This document shows, piece after piece, positions 17,515 to 27,141 of a DNA stretch of 64,000 nt (positions within the stretch are counted from its first letter, which is position 1; the number at the start of each line of letters is the position of its first letter). The position numbers were made by a program, and so were the translations under genes. Source of the DNA: Shigella phage CM1; the sequence record MK962749, one strand, 5' to 3'. Below the pieces are notes generated by a model, which saw only the letters and a list, made by a program, of their open reading frames with translations, was not told where the DNA came from and made no database searches.

Positions 17515-19826
17515 TCACCAAGGTAATTAAAAGCAACGGATGTGAAGTGGCATTCGATCCAGAACGTTTAAATAAGGCAGCTATTTTCGGTGACGACGGT
17601 AACGGCAATTGGTCACATATTGCACTGGATGCCTACAAGCGGTTGTATGATGGATGTACAACCAAAGAAGTTAACCAAGCTATTATAGACTCTTGTGTTA
17701 GCCGTAAAGACGAAGCACATTCCCGTATGGCTGGTCGTGTTCTTATTGGTCAGATCTATAAAGAGGCTTTTGGAGGGTTTACAAAGATCCCTTCCTTACC
17801 ATCATTTTACAATGACATGGTTGAGAAAGGTTATTGGGAGGATATGGGTTATAGCTTTACCGAGCTAAACACTTTAGACGCTGTTATTGACCACAGTAAA
17901 GATCTCGGTTATGGCTATGCAGTCCTTAAACAGTTTCGCGACAAATACGGGATCAAGGATACTCTTAAAGACACCTTGTTTGAATCTCCCCAGATGATGT
18001 TTATGGGGATAGCAATGGCTGTCATGAAGAATATGCCGAAAGAACGTCGTATCAACGATGTTGTAAAATTATACACTTATCTGTCCGACTTAAAGATCAA
18101 TGCCCCGACACCGTACTTAAACGGGCTGCGCACAGGTAAGACAGGGTATGCATCTTGTTGTGTAATAAAAGCTGACGATACAGCAAAATCTATTGGTGTG
18201 GCACGTGAAGTTGCGTACACAATGACGGTTAACCAAGCAGGTATCGGCTACTACTTATCCTCAAGATCTGCAGGCGATGGTGTTCGTGGTAACACTATTA
18301 AACATATGGGTAAGATTCCATATTATCGAGGTATTGATGCTGGTGTTAAGGAGAACAGACAACAATCACGTGGCGGTTCTGCAACAGTATCATTCCTTGC
18401 ACTAGACCCGCAGATTGATGAGCTAATCCGCTTGAGAAACCCTATGACTGTTGCTTCAAAAAGAATCAACACCATGGACTACTCCATCGGTATTAATAGG
18501 TCGTTTATCAACCGTGTGGCTAAGAATTTAGATTGGATGCTTGTTTCTTATAAGCACGCCCCTCAACTGCATGAGGGTATCTTCACCATGTCTATGGAGG
18601 AGTTCGATGCAGAGGTTGAGCGTATTGCTAAAGATGACAGTATTCCTAAGACATGGATCCGGGCTAGAGATCTTGCTGTTGAGCTGATCACGCAGCGTAC
18701 TGAGGTGGGAAGGCTGTACGTATACTGGACAGATGAGATGAATAGACATACACCTTTTAAAGATGTGATCTATTCAAGCAACCTGTGTGCAGAAATAGCC
18801 CTCCCGACAAAAGGCTATTCAGATATGCGTAATATCTTCAAGTACGATGTTGATGATGGTGAGGTTGCATTGTGCTTCCTGTCATCTCTTGTAGCTGGAA
18901 GGGTTACCCCAGAGGAGTATGAGGATGTTGCATACTACACGGTGCTTATGATTGACAATGTTATGGAAATCATGACATATCCGTATGAAAACATGGAGAG
19001 TACTGTTAAAAAACGCAGATCCATCGGGGTTGGCCTTACCAATGTTGCACATTTTATTGCCAGCCACAAGGTTACTTACGGATCTCCTGAAAGTAAACAG
19101 CTTGTTCACGATCTTGCAGAACTTCACAGCTACAGCTTGCATAAGGCAAGTTTACGGTTGGCAAAAGAGCGTGGTGTCTGCGAGTGGATGTATAAAACAA
19201 AATATCCAGAAGGTTGGTTACCAATCGACACTTATAACAAAGAGGTCGATAGTGTGGTGAAAGATCCTTCTCTTAAACAGGATTGGGAAGGGTTACGTAA
19301 AGAAATCATTGAAAATGGTGGGCTACGTAATAGCGTTCTTGAAGCATATATGCCTAATGAAAGCTCTTCGCTGGCAACAAACACCACTAACGGGGTTTAT
19401 CCTGTCCGTGAGCACATTATCTTTAAAAAGTCGCCACAAGGGCAGGTGCTGTTTATCGTTCCTGACTATGATGAGTTGAAAGAGTATTACACCTCGGCTT
19501 GGGACGTTGATACTAACGACATGATCGATATGTATGCCGTGATTCAAAAATTCACAGGTCAGGCAATCAGCGCGGATTTATACATAGACTACACCAAGTT
19601 GAAAGATGGTAAAATTTCAATGAAGGAGCAGTTAGGGTACCTTATCCGTGCCACTAAATTCGGGATGAAGACATGGTATTATTTAAACTCTAGGGTTGGT
19701 GCTGGTGACTCCTTGGCAGAGGAACTTCATGCCAAGAAACAGGCTGAAGATGAAACCAGAAAGAACTATCCTTTGATTGCAGATAGTTCAGTTGAAGATC
19801 CGTATTGCGAAAGCTGTGCACTATAA
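17511..19826 (+). CDS. nrdA: ribonucleotide reductase class Ia large subunit
   Basis: 771 aa; N-terminal ATP cone; active-site SSNLCAEIALP. Confidence 0.9.
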   Translation: MITKVIKSNGCEVAFDPERLNKAAIFGDDGNGNWSHIALDAYKRLYDGCTTKEVNQAIIDSCVSRKDEAHSRMAGRVLIGQIYKEAFGGFTKIPSLPSFYNDMVEKGYWEDMGYSFTELNTLDAVIDHSKDLGYGYAVLKQFRDKYGIKDTLKDTLFESPQMMFMGIAMAVMKNMPKERRINDVVKLYTYLSDLKINAPTPYLNGLRTGKTGYASCCVIKADDTAKSIGVAREVAYTMTVNQAGIGYYLSSRSAGDGVRGNTIKHMGKIPYYRGIDAGVKENRQQSRGGSATVSFLALDPQIDELIRLRNPMTVASKRINTMDYSIGINRSFINRVAKNLDWMLVSYKHAPQLHEGIFTMSMEEFDAEVERIAKDDSIPKTWIRARDLAVELITQRTEVGRLYVYWTDEMNRHTPFKDVIYSSNLCAEIALPTKGYSDMRNIFKYDVDDGEVALCFLSSLVAGRVTPEEYEDVAYYTVLMIDNVMEIMTYPYENMESTVKKRRSIGVGLTNVAHFIASHKVTYGSPESKQLVHDLAELHSYSLHKASLRLAKERGVCEWMYKTKYPEGWLPIDTYNKEVDSVVKDPSLKQDWEGLRKEIIENGGLRNSVLEAYMPNESSSLATNTTNGVYPVREHIIFKKSPQGQVLFIVPDYDELKEYYTSAWDVDTNDMIDMYAVIQKFTGQAISADLYIDYTKLKDGKISMKEQLGYLIRATKFGMKTWYYLNSRVGAGDSLAEELHAKKQAEDETRKNYPLIADSSVEDPYCESCAL

Positions 19827-19864
19827 TTTTAAAGGGGCTTCGGCCCCATTTTAGAGGTAGAATA

Positions 19865-20953
19865 ATGGCTGTATTTAATGCTGAGAACACCGCTCATAAA
19901 ACTGGTGACTATCCGCTGTTTCTGGGACAGCAAATGGGTATGTACGACTCTATCAACAAAAAATATCCACAACTGTTTGAACTATACAAAAAACAAAAAG
20001 AGCAAGATTGGGCAGAGGATGAAGTGGATTTGTCGCAATCTATTTCAGATTTTGTAACATGCTCAAAGTCAACTTATGACGTGATGGTGCAGACCTTGAT
20101 GTGGCAATGGGAGGCTGATAGCGTTGCGGCAAGATCGATCATCTGCCTCTTTTCACCATTCATCACTAATAGTGAGCTTTTCACTCTATTGATGAAACAG
20201 TCAGAGATTGAAGTTCTTCACGCACTAACTTACTCAGAGATTGTTAGACAATGCCTCCCCAATGCCCGTGAGATTATAGAAGAGATTCAGGAAAACCAAA
20301 ACGTTCTGAGCAGATCTGGCGTTATTGTCAAATACATGCAAGAGCTTGAGGTTATTGGTGCAAAATACCGACTGGATACTTCTAGTGTTGAAGAAGATAT
20401 TGTGCGGAAATGCATTCTTAGAGCGCTTTTTGCACTTTTAGCCCTGGAAAGTATTGAGTTTATTGCAAGTTTTGCATGCACTTTCGCAGTAGCTGAACAG
20501 GGTATTTTTGTTCAGGTGGCGCAGCTTGTTCAAAAAATCATGCTTGACGAAATGCTACACTCGAAAGGTGATTTTGCCATCATTGATATCCTGCTTAATG
20601 ATCCAGCATGGGAGAAAAGCTTCCTTGAGATAAAAGGGGAGTTAAAAGAGATTCTTGATGAAGTACGAACCAAAGAGTACGGTTGGAGTGACTATATTTT
20701 CAGCGAAGGAAGAGCGATTATAGGTCTTAACTCACCGTTGCTTAAAGAATGGGTTGACTATAACTGCTCACCGATTTATGATTACTACGACATCGACAAA
20801 GACTTTGTGCCGCCAACAAAGGACCCGCTACCGTTTATGCAGGTGTGGATGAAACCTTCATTGCAACAGACGGCAAACCAAGAAATGTCGAACACTGACT
20901 ACCGCGTCAACACAACTGTTAACGACGCTGAAGAAGAAATTTGGGAGTTTTAA
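19865..20953 (+). CDS. nrdB: ribonucleotide reductase class Ia small subunit
   Basis: Start at MAVFNAEN (GAGGTAG RBS); di-iron/tyrosyl-radical helices. Confidence 0.85.
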   Translation: MAVFNAENTAHKTGDYPLFLGQQMGMYDSINKKYPQLFELYKKQKEQDWAEDEVDLSQSISDFVTCSKSTYDVMVQTLMWQWEADSVAARSIICLFSPFITNSELFTLLMKQSEIEVLHALTYSEIVRQCLPNAREIIEEIQENQNVLSRSGVIVKYMQELEVIGAKYRLDTSSVEEDIVRKCILRALFALLALESIEFIASFACTFAVAEQGIFVQVAQLVQKIMLDEMLHSKGDFAIIDILLNDPAWEKSFLEIKGELKEILDEVRTKEYGWSDYIFSEGRAIIGLNSPLLKEWVDYNCSPIYDYYDIDKDFVPPTKDPLPFMQVWMKPSLQQTANQEMSNTDYRVNTTVNDAEEEIWEF

Positions 20954-20956
20954 TAT

Positions 20957-21235
20957 ATGAGCTGCGAAAAATCTTTTTTCATCATCATCTACGGTAAGGA
21001 TAACTGCCCACATTGTGTCAGAGCAAAAGAAGTTGCAGTTAGCAAAGGTATACCTTTTGTATATAAGACACTTGGAGAGGGCTACACAAAAGAAGAGCTT
21101 ATTGAGAAGTGTAGTCCAATCGTCCCCAGAACGTTGCCGCAGATCTTTTTAGAAAGCGCTCTTGAAAGTGTCCATATAGGCGGTGCCGACGATTTCATCT
21201 CTTTTGTTAAGAATGGTTTTGGAGAGAAAAAGTGA
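20957..21235 (+). CDS. glutaredoxin-like redoxin
   Basis: 92 aa; CPHC active site; between nrdB and nrdD. Confidence 0.6.
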   Translation: MSCEKSFFIIIYGKDNCPHCVRAKEVAVSKGIPFVYKTLGEGYTKEELIEKCSPIVPRTLPQIFLESALESVHIGGADDFISFVKNGFGEKK

Positions 21236-22095
21236 AAGTTGTAAAACGGGACGGTAGAGAAGAGTTCTATAACGGAATTAAGGTGATCAAGGCGGCAGAG
21301 TCCGCCTTACTTGAGTCTGGACATACTGAAGAAGAAGCTTACCGGATCGCCTGCGCGGTTAATGAAGTTGTTGCTAACAATCTACCAACCGACCAGTGCA
21401 CGATCTCTGTAAAAAATATCCATATCCTTGTTGAAGATGCTCTTATGGATATGGGTTTAAAATGTGCAGCCAGAGAATACATCCAGTATAGACAGACAAG
21501 AGATAATAACAGAGAGGCAGGTGGAAAACTGCTTGCAGATATTAGTGGCTTCTTGGATCGAACTTGTGATGAATTTACAAAAGAAAACGCAAATAAGCCT
21601 ACCAATCATGTACACACTCATCGTGACCTGCTTGCAGGCATCCTTAGCAAACACCTTGCATCAACACAGATCCTGCCAGACCGTGTCTCCGAAGAGCACA
21701 ATAAAGGCTTCATCCATGTGCATGATCTTGACTACCTGATTAGTCCGTTAACAAACTGTTGTTTGGTAAATTATCCGGATATGTTGGAAAACGGATTCAA
21801 CATTGGTAACGCCCATGTCAGTAAGCCGAAGTCAATAGGGGTTGCAACAACAATCCTTAGCCAAATCTCTAGTGCAGTAGCTAGTGCTCAATATGGTGGT
21901 CAGACTATGAGCCATATTGATCATTACCTGGCACAGTATGCTGAAGCAACCTATGAGAAGAACCTTAAATTCTGCCAGGAACATTGGTTGCCAGATGCTG
22001 AGACTGTTGCAATGCAAATGACAGATAAAGACGTGTTTGACAGCATGCAGACGTTGCTTTATCAGATCAACACACTAACCTCGGTAAACGGTTAA
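21232..22095 (+). CDS. nrdD: anaerobic ribonucleotide reductase, exon 1 (3' boundary approximate)
   Basis: ATP-cone N-terminus; C-terminus of exon continues in ORF at 22380. Confidence 0.75.
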   Translation: MKVVKRDGREEFYNGIKVIKAAESALLESGHTEEEAYRIACAVNEVVANNLPTDQCTISVKNIHILVEDALMDMGLKCAAREYIQYRQTRDNNREAGGKLLADISGFLDRTCDEFTKENANKPTNHVHTHRDLLAGILSKHLASTQILPDRVSEEHNKGFIHVHDLDYLISPLTNCCLVNYPDMLENGFNIGNAHVSKPKSIGVATTILSQISSAVASAQYGGQTMSHIDHYLAQYAEATYEKNLKFCQEHWLPDAETVAMQMTDKDVFDSMQTLLYQINTLTSVNG

Positions 22096-22379
22096 CAAAC
22101 TGGCCGTTTTAAAACTCTGCTAACCTCAGTATGAGGGGTCAGCTGATCGCTGGCTAACGGGGAACGCTAAGGCGAAAGCTATGCCAATCCCGTGACTAGC
22201 TTCACAAGGAGTGAGGCGGTTGTAACGACTAACCTTTTGGTGTAGGGATTATGGAAGATTCCGAAACGCAGGGGTCTGATTAAGAATCACACGGTGTGAT
22301 TTCAGGCAAGAGATAGTCTGGCCTTGTGGAAACATAAGGGTGGGGACCGCAAACCCCTTTTATCACATTAAGTTTAGGT
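22096..22379 (+). other. ORF-less group I intron in nrdD (boundaries approximate)
   Basis: About 285 nt between the nrdD halves with group I P/Q/R/S-like elements (GGTTGTAACGACTAACC, AGAGATAGTCTGG); in-frame stop directly after exon 1. Confidence 0.6.
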
Positions 22380-23627
22380 TTGGACACTTCGGTCTTTGGT
22401 AGAATGATTACCAAAAATTACTTGAAAGTCCACAAAATGGGTCTTGGTGAAGAACGTATCACACCTGTGTTCCCTAAAGTGCTGTTCTTCCTGGAAGAGG
22501 GTGTCAACATGAACCCTGGGGATCCTAACTATGATTTGAAACGATTAGCTCTGGAATGCTGTGCAGAACGTATCTATCCTGACTTCGTATCTGTACCACT
22601 AAATAGAAAAGTGACAGGCTCGACAGATGGCAAAGTAACTAGCATGGGTTGCAGGAGTTTTCTTAGCAAATACAATGACTTGGAAACAGGCGAGGAGAAA
22701 TACCTTGGCAGATTTAACTTAGGCGTTGTTAGCCTTAACCTGCCAATGATTGCGGCAAAAGCTAAGACGGAAGGTGTTGATTTCTTTGCAGTTCTTGACG
22801 AATACTTGGATCTTGCATATGAGGCTCACCTTGTAAGGGTTAACCGTCTAAAAGGAACAAAGGCAGGGCAGAACCCCATCATGTGGTGTGAAGGCGCTCT
22901 TGCTCGCCTGGATCCTGAAGAGAGTATTGATAAACTCTTCTATGACGGGTACGCTTCCATCAGTATTGGGTATATTGGTGTGTATGAAACCTGTCAGATT
23001 TTGGGCAGAGAGGGTGACAAGGCTTTAGCTCTTGGAATCCTTCAGCACATGAGAGATGCTTGTGAGCGATACAAGAAGGAAAGTAGACTAGCATTTAGCT
23101 TGTACGGCACTCCTTCTGAGAGTCTATGCTATAAAGCTGCAACCTGTCTGGATCGTGAATATCCGGAAGTGTTGAAGCACGAGCATGAATATCTCACCAA
23201 CAGTTTCCATCAGCCAGTGTGGATAAATAGCTCTCCTTTTGATAAGTGGGAGTATGAGGAAGGTTTTGCTATGATCTCCTCTGGTGGCAACATTGGATAC
23301 GTAGAGACACCTAACCTGAAAAACAACCTGGATGCTTTAGAGGCTCTTGTTGACTTCGGGTATAAACATATTATGTATTTTGGTATTAACCAACCTGTGG
23401 ATAAATGTCTCAAGTGTGGTTTCTCTGGTGAGTTCAGTGCAACAGCTAAAGGGTTCTGCTGCCCTGCGTGCGGATGCCACGATGAACAATATATCTCAGT
23501 GATCCGAAGAGTGTCTGGCTATCTCTCCAGCCCGAACAGTAGGCCGTATAACACAGGTAAACAAGCAGAGGTTATCGAACGTGTTAAACATGTTGGGAAT
23601 GTAGACTGTTGTCCGTTGAGTAAATAA
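22380..23627 (+). CDS. nrdD: anaerobic ribonucleotide reductase, exon 2 (5' boundary approximate)
   Basis: C-terminal Zn site CLKCG...CPACGC and glycyl-radical motif RVSGYL. Confidence 0.8.
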   Translation: MDTSVFGRMITKNYLKVHKMGLGEERITPVFPKVLFFLEEGVNMNPGDPNYDLKRLALECCAERIYPDFVSVPLNRKVTGSTDGKVTSMGCRSFLSKYNDLETGEEKYLGRFNLGVVSLNLPMIAAKAKTEGVDFFAVLDEYLDLAYEAHLVRVNRLKGTKAGQNPIMWCEGALARLDPEESIDKLFYDGYASISIGYIGVYETCQILGREGDKALALGILQHMRDACERYKKESRLAFSLYGTPSESLCYKAATCLDREYPEVLKHEHEYLTNSFHQPVWINSSPFDKWEYEEGFAMISSGGNIGYVETPNLKNNLDALEALVDFGYKHIMYFGINQPVDKCLKCGFSGEFSATAKGFCCPACGCHDEQYISVIRRVSGYLSSPNSRPYNTGKQAEVIERVKHVGNVDCCPLSK

Positions 23628-23635
23628 GGAAAGAG

Positions 23636-23672
23636 GTGGAGAGCAAGGATGCTCTCATTTTTTTTTTTTGTT
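23636..23672 (+). terminator. rho-independent terminator after nrdD
   Basis: Hairpin GAGAGCA-AGGA-TGCTCTC followed by a T run of about 11; approximate. Confidence 0.6.
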
Positions 23673-23676
23673 TTTA

Positions 23677-23703
23677 TTGACTTCTATTCCTCTTTTCTAT
23701 AGT
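23677..23703 (+). promoter_or_regulatory. sigma70-like promoter
   Basis: TTGACT, about 15-16 bp, TATAGT upstream of ATG 23744; approximate. Confidence 0.4.
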
Positions 23704-23743
23704 ATGCAATATAAAGTGAATAGCGGAAGGGTCTGGTCTGGTA

Positions 23744-24553
23744 ATGAGAAGACTAACAACCGAAGAGTTTATAGAAAAAGCTCAGACTATACATGGTGAC
23801 AAATATGATTACTTCAAAGTGGAGTATAAAAACAACAAGACACCTGTGTGTATAATTTGTCCTGAGCACGGTGAGTTCTGGCAAACCCCTGTGGCACATG
23901 CTTTCAAGAATCATGGTTGTCCAAGGTGTGGTGGGTCAGCGAAAAAGAACACTGAAGAGTTCATAAAAGAGGCTATGGCTGTTCATGGGGACAAGTACGA
24001 TTACTCATTAGTCAAATATGCGAACATGAGAACGCCTGTAAAAATTGTTTGCCCTGAACACGGTGTGTTTGAACAATACCCTGAAAACCACTTATACCAA
24101 AGAAACGGCTGCCCAGAGTGCTATGACTTAAGACGTGGGCAAAGTCAAGCGTTAACCCATAAGGAGCATGCTGCAATTATCCACAAAGCCAACCCAGACA
24201 TAGAAATATTAGAGAAAATTGCCAATGATAACACAAAAGTGCAATGTAGGTGCAAAATTTGTGGGTATAAGTGGTCTGCTAAACCTAATAACCTAAAAAG
24301 TGGTCGTGGCTGCTGTAAATGCGCACAAAATGGATTCTTATCTCATGAGTACGGTAAACTCTACATTATGGTTGATGACTTAGAAGTGCCAACACTTATG
24401 AAAATCGGTGTATGCGTTAAAATGCACAGGAGGAAAAATGAGGTGCTTAACAGTGCTCGTAAATCTGGCGCAGGTGTCCACACTCTTCACGTAGTAAAAA
24501 CATGGAGCGGATCAACTCAAAACATGGTAGATTTAGAAAAAATCTGTGCATAA
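23744..24553 (+). CDS. putative homing endonuclease (Zn-ribbon repeats plus T5orf172/GIY-YIG-like C-terminus)
   Basis: Two repeats HGDKYDY...CPEHG.F...GCP.C; C-terminal YGKLYIMVDD...MKIGV; inserted between nrdD and nrdG. Confidence 0.4.
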   Translation: MRRLTTEEFIEKAQTIHGDKYDYFKVEYKNNKTPVCIICPEHGEFWQTPVAHAFKNHGCPRCGGSAKKNTEEFIKEAMAVHGDKYDYSLVKYANMRTPVKIVCPEHGVFEQYPENHLYQRNGCPECYDLRRGQSQALTHKEHAAIIHKANPDIEILEKIANDNTKVQCRCKICGYKWSAKPNNLKSGRGCCKCAQNGFLSHEYGKLYIMVDDLEVPTLMKIGVCVKMHRRKNEVLNSARKSGAGVHTLHVVKTWSGSTQNMVDLEKICA

Positions 24554-24729
24554 GGCCTTGAGCAAGTATAAAATAAACTTTCCTGTAAAATTTGACGGTA
24601 GCACTGAGTTTTTCTACTACAGGCCTGAAGTGTTTGACACGGTAGAAGAGGTATACAAGAAGATTTGTGGTAAATGATTGTAGAAAGATATGCATATCTT
24701 AAACATGCTATTAACTAAGGAGGTGCAGT

Positions 24730-24846
24730 ATGTCATCAGGTATTTATAAAATTTGCAAGTGCGGCTGTAGTTGCAATCTTCGTTGGTGCAAGGCACTAGA
24801 CGATTTTATTTGGCATTGCCCTAAATGTGATGCGGAGTATCTATGA
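24730..24846 (+). CDS. small Cys-rich zinc-ribbon protein (38 aa)
   Basis: Strong SD TAAGGAGGT; MSSGIYKICKCGCSCNLRWCKALDDFIWHCPKCDAEYL; stop overlaps nrdG start. Confidence 0.4.
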   Translation: MSSGIYKICKCGCSCNLRWCKALDDFIWHCPKCDAEYL

Positions 24847-25316
24847 ACATTGTCGGATACACAGAAATATCCTACACCGAAGGGCCAGGTATTAGAACTG
24901 CCTTGTGGGTATCTGGGTGCCCACACGCTTGCCCTGGTTGCTTTAATCAGGCATTTTGGTCAAAAGATAAGGGGAGAGAGTTCACTGAAGAAGACTTGCA
25001 AAAAATCTTGTCAGATCTAGATAACCCGTCTGTGTGCGGTATCTCTCTGCTGGGTGGAGAACCCTTAGCATACTATAATGAGCCAGGTATTATTAGCCTG
25101 ATGGAGAAAATTAAGGAAAAATTTGGTGACAAGAAAACCATTCTTGTATATACTGGGTTCACATTTGACCATATCTCTAGTGATGTTCTTAAACTGGCTG
25201 ATATCATCATTGACGGTAAGTATGTAAAAGATTTACCAACCAAGAAACCGTTCCGAGGCAGCGATAACCAAAGAATGTTTAAAAAAGTAGCAGGCGGTTG
25301 GGTTAAGGTAGACTAG
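24843..25316 (+). CDS. nrdG: anaerobic RNR activating enzyme (radical SAM)
   Basis: CPHACPGC radical-SAM cluster motif; downstream of nrdD. Confidence 0.85.
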   Translation: MNIVGYTEISYTEGPGIRTALWVSGCPHACPGCFNQAFWSKDKGREFTEEDLQKILSDLDNPSVCGISLLGGEPLAYYNEPGIISLMEKIKEKFGDKKTILVYTGFTFDHISSDVLKLADIIIDGKYVKDLPTKKPFRGSDNQRMFKKVAGGWVKVD

Positions 25317-25318
25317 TT

Positions 25319-25350
25319 GTTGACAAAGCTTGGTGTAGATAGGTATAATT
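25319..25350 (+). promoter_or_regulatory. sigma70-like promoter
   Basis: TTGACA, about 18 bp, TATAAT; approximate. Confidence 0.5.
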
Positions 25351-25380
25351 ATCGTAAAATGAAAGCAGAGGAGGTGCCAA

Positions 25381-25494
25381 ATGGCTAAAAAAGCCTTGAA
25401 GAAGGCGTACAAGAAAGAGATTGCGCTTGAGCTTAAGAAAAAACACAAGCGTGAAAAGAAACATCATGAAGATGAAGAGGGGGTGCAACAGTGA
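25381..25494 (+). CDS. small highly basic protein (37 aa)
   Basis: SD GAGGAGGTG; MAKKALKKAYKKEIALELKKKHKREKKHHEDEEGVQQ; not in ORF track. Confidence 0.35.
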   Translation: MAKKALKKAYKKEIALELKKKHKREKKHHEDEEGVQQ

Positions 25495-25841
25495 CACAAG
25501 AACGTATCGATTTGGCTAATAAGTTTGTAGACCTCATTTTGCCACGGTTAGTTACTCAACATGCAGATGCTATTTCTACTAATCTTGATGGCTTACGCCT
25601 AATGCTGAATCGCACAGATGACCCTCGTATTCGGGCTGATTTAGAAGCCTCTGCCAACAAACTGGAAAAGTTCTTGCAAGTAGACACGCAAGAAGCCTTG
25701 CACAAGATTATGGTGGAAGGTTTCTCTAAAGAATTTACCATTAAAGAGCTTAAGGAGCTGATCCACCAAGAAGAGATGAATATCCGAGTTCAGGCTGTTG
25801 CAAGCAGCATGGAAGAGGCTATTGAAAAACTGTTGCAGTAA
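25491..25841 (+). CDS. hypothetical protein
   Basis: 116-aa ORF, GTG start overlapping upstream stop. Confidence 0.4.
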   Translation: MTQERIDLANKFVDLILPRLVTQHADAISTNLDGLRLMLNRTDDPRIRADLEASANKLEKFLQVDTQEALHKIMVEGFSKEFTIKELKELIHQEEMNIRVQAVASSMEEAIEKLLQ

Positions 25842-25879
25842 AAGTACTTGGCACATCTCAATCTGAAAGGAGTCCCAAC

Positions 25880-26668
25880 ATGGGTCGAGCTAAAGAAACA
25901 AAACGCATGCGTGATGAAGCTAGAGAGGCTCGCAAATCTGATCGCCTGCGTAAGGCTGCTGAGAAATTTGCTGACGAAAGAGAGCACACCGCTCCAGCTC
26001 TCCGACCAATGAATAAGAAGCAGCAAAAGTATCTTGATTATCTGGGGTCACGTAAGATTATTATTGTAAACGGTGTGTTTGGATCCGGTAAGACATTTAT
26101 GGCATCTGCATATGCAGGTGATCTTCTGCGTAAGAACGAGATTGATAAGATCATTGTTGCACGTCCTTACGTCCAGACAGGAAAGACTTCAGGATTTAAA
26201 CCCGGAAATGCAATGCAGAAACTGTGGCCCTATCTTCGAAGCATGATGGACACGATTTGTCGTCGTGTTGGCAAAGGTGCTTTTGCCGCAATGCTGGGAG
26301 ACGGTCAGAACAGTCGTATCGAGATTTGTGAAGTTGAAAGCATTCGTGGTCGTAGTTTCGATGAGCGATGCTTTGTCCTGATTGACGAGGCACAGCAAAC
26401 TAACCCTGAAGAAATGTTGTCAATTATCACAAGGATCTCTGATCAGGCCACCCTTGTAATTATGGGTGATAATAGCCAACGTGACATCCCTGGTAAATCT
26501 GGCCTTGCATGGGTGACGGATTTCTTTACTCGTCATCCAGATCCTGAGGTTGGAATGATCAGCTTTGATAGTCCAGACGATGTCGTTCGTTCCGGGTTGG
26601 GTCGTCAGATCGCACTCAATCTTATTGAGGATCGTGCAAATCATATTTGGACCCCTGTTTCCGAGTAA
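25880..26668 (+). CDS. phoH: PhoH-like ATPase
   Basis: Walker A GVFGSGKTFMA; Walker B VLIDEAQ. Confidence 0.8.
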   Translation: MGRAKETKRMRDEAREARKSDRLRKAAEKFADEREHTAPALRPMNKKQQKYLDYLGSRKIIIVNGVFGSGKTFMASAYAGDLLRKNEIDKIIVARPYVQTGKTSGFKPGNAMQKLWPYLRSMMDTICRRVGKGAFAAMLGDGQNSRIEICEVESIRGRSFDERCFVLIDEAQQTNPEEMLSIITRISDQATLVIMGDNSQRDIPGKSGLAWVTDFFTRHPDPEVGMISFDSPDDVVRSGLGRQIALNLIEDRANHIWTPVSE

Positions 26669-26712
26669 TACAGAAGGGTGGTTATTCCACCCTTAAATAT
26701 CTAAAACAGTTG

Positions 26713-26741
26713 TTGACAAATAGGTAAGCTTTAGATATTAT
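26713..26741 (+). promoter_or_regulatory. sigma70-like promoter
   Basis: TTGACA, 17 bp, TATTAT; approximate. Confidence 0.5.
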
Positions 26742-26769
26742 TATCGGACAAAACAGAGAGAAGGACAGT

Positions 26770-27081
26770 ATGGCTACAATACAAGAGAAACTGAATAAAA
26801 TATACTGCCTGTTTGTCTACAACGGCGAGACAATTTTGGCAAATAAAGGATCCAAGAATGTGTGGATCAAGGACAGCGGTGGTAATATAATCAACTTAGC
26901 GTTGCTACGTGAGCGCCGACACAGATTCTTTATCGAGTCTCGGATTATTGAAAGCAGTACCTGCTACAGAACAGGCGATAAAGTAATTGTTGACAATGAT
27001 ACGTGGTATGTGGTAGACTGGCAATCATTGAGCTGTGATGCTTCTGACAATCGTAAGTATTCACTGGTGATTGCTAAATAA
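26770..27081 (+). CDS. hypothetical protein
   Basis: 103-aa ORF. Confidence 0.45.
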   Translation: MATIQEKLNKIYCLFVYNGETILANKGSKNVWIKDSGGNIINLALLRERRHRFFIESRIIESSTCYRTGDKVIVDNDTWYVVDWQSLSCDASDNRKYSLVIAK

Positions 27082-27141
27082 AGGTAAATGTGAATCAGGT
27101 TTAAATAAATAGCTTTCAACTTCCAATATTAAGGATTTCTC

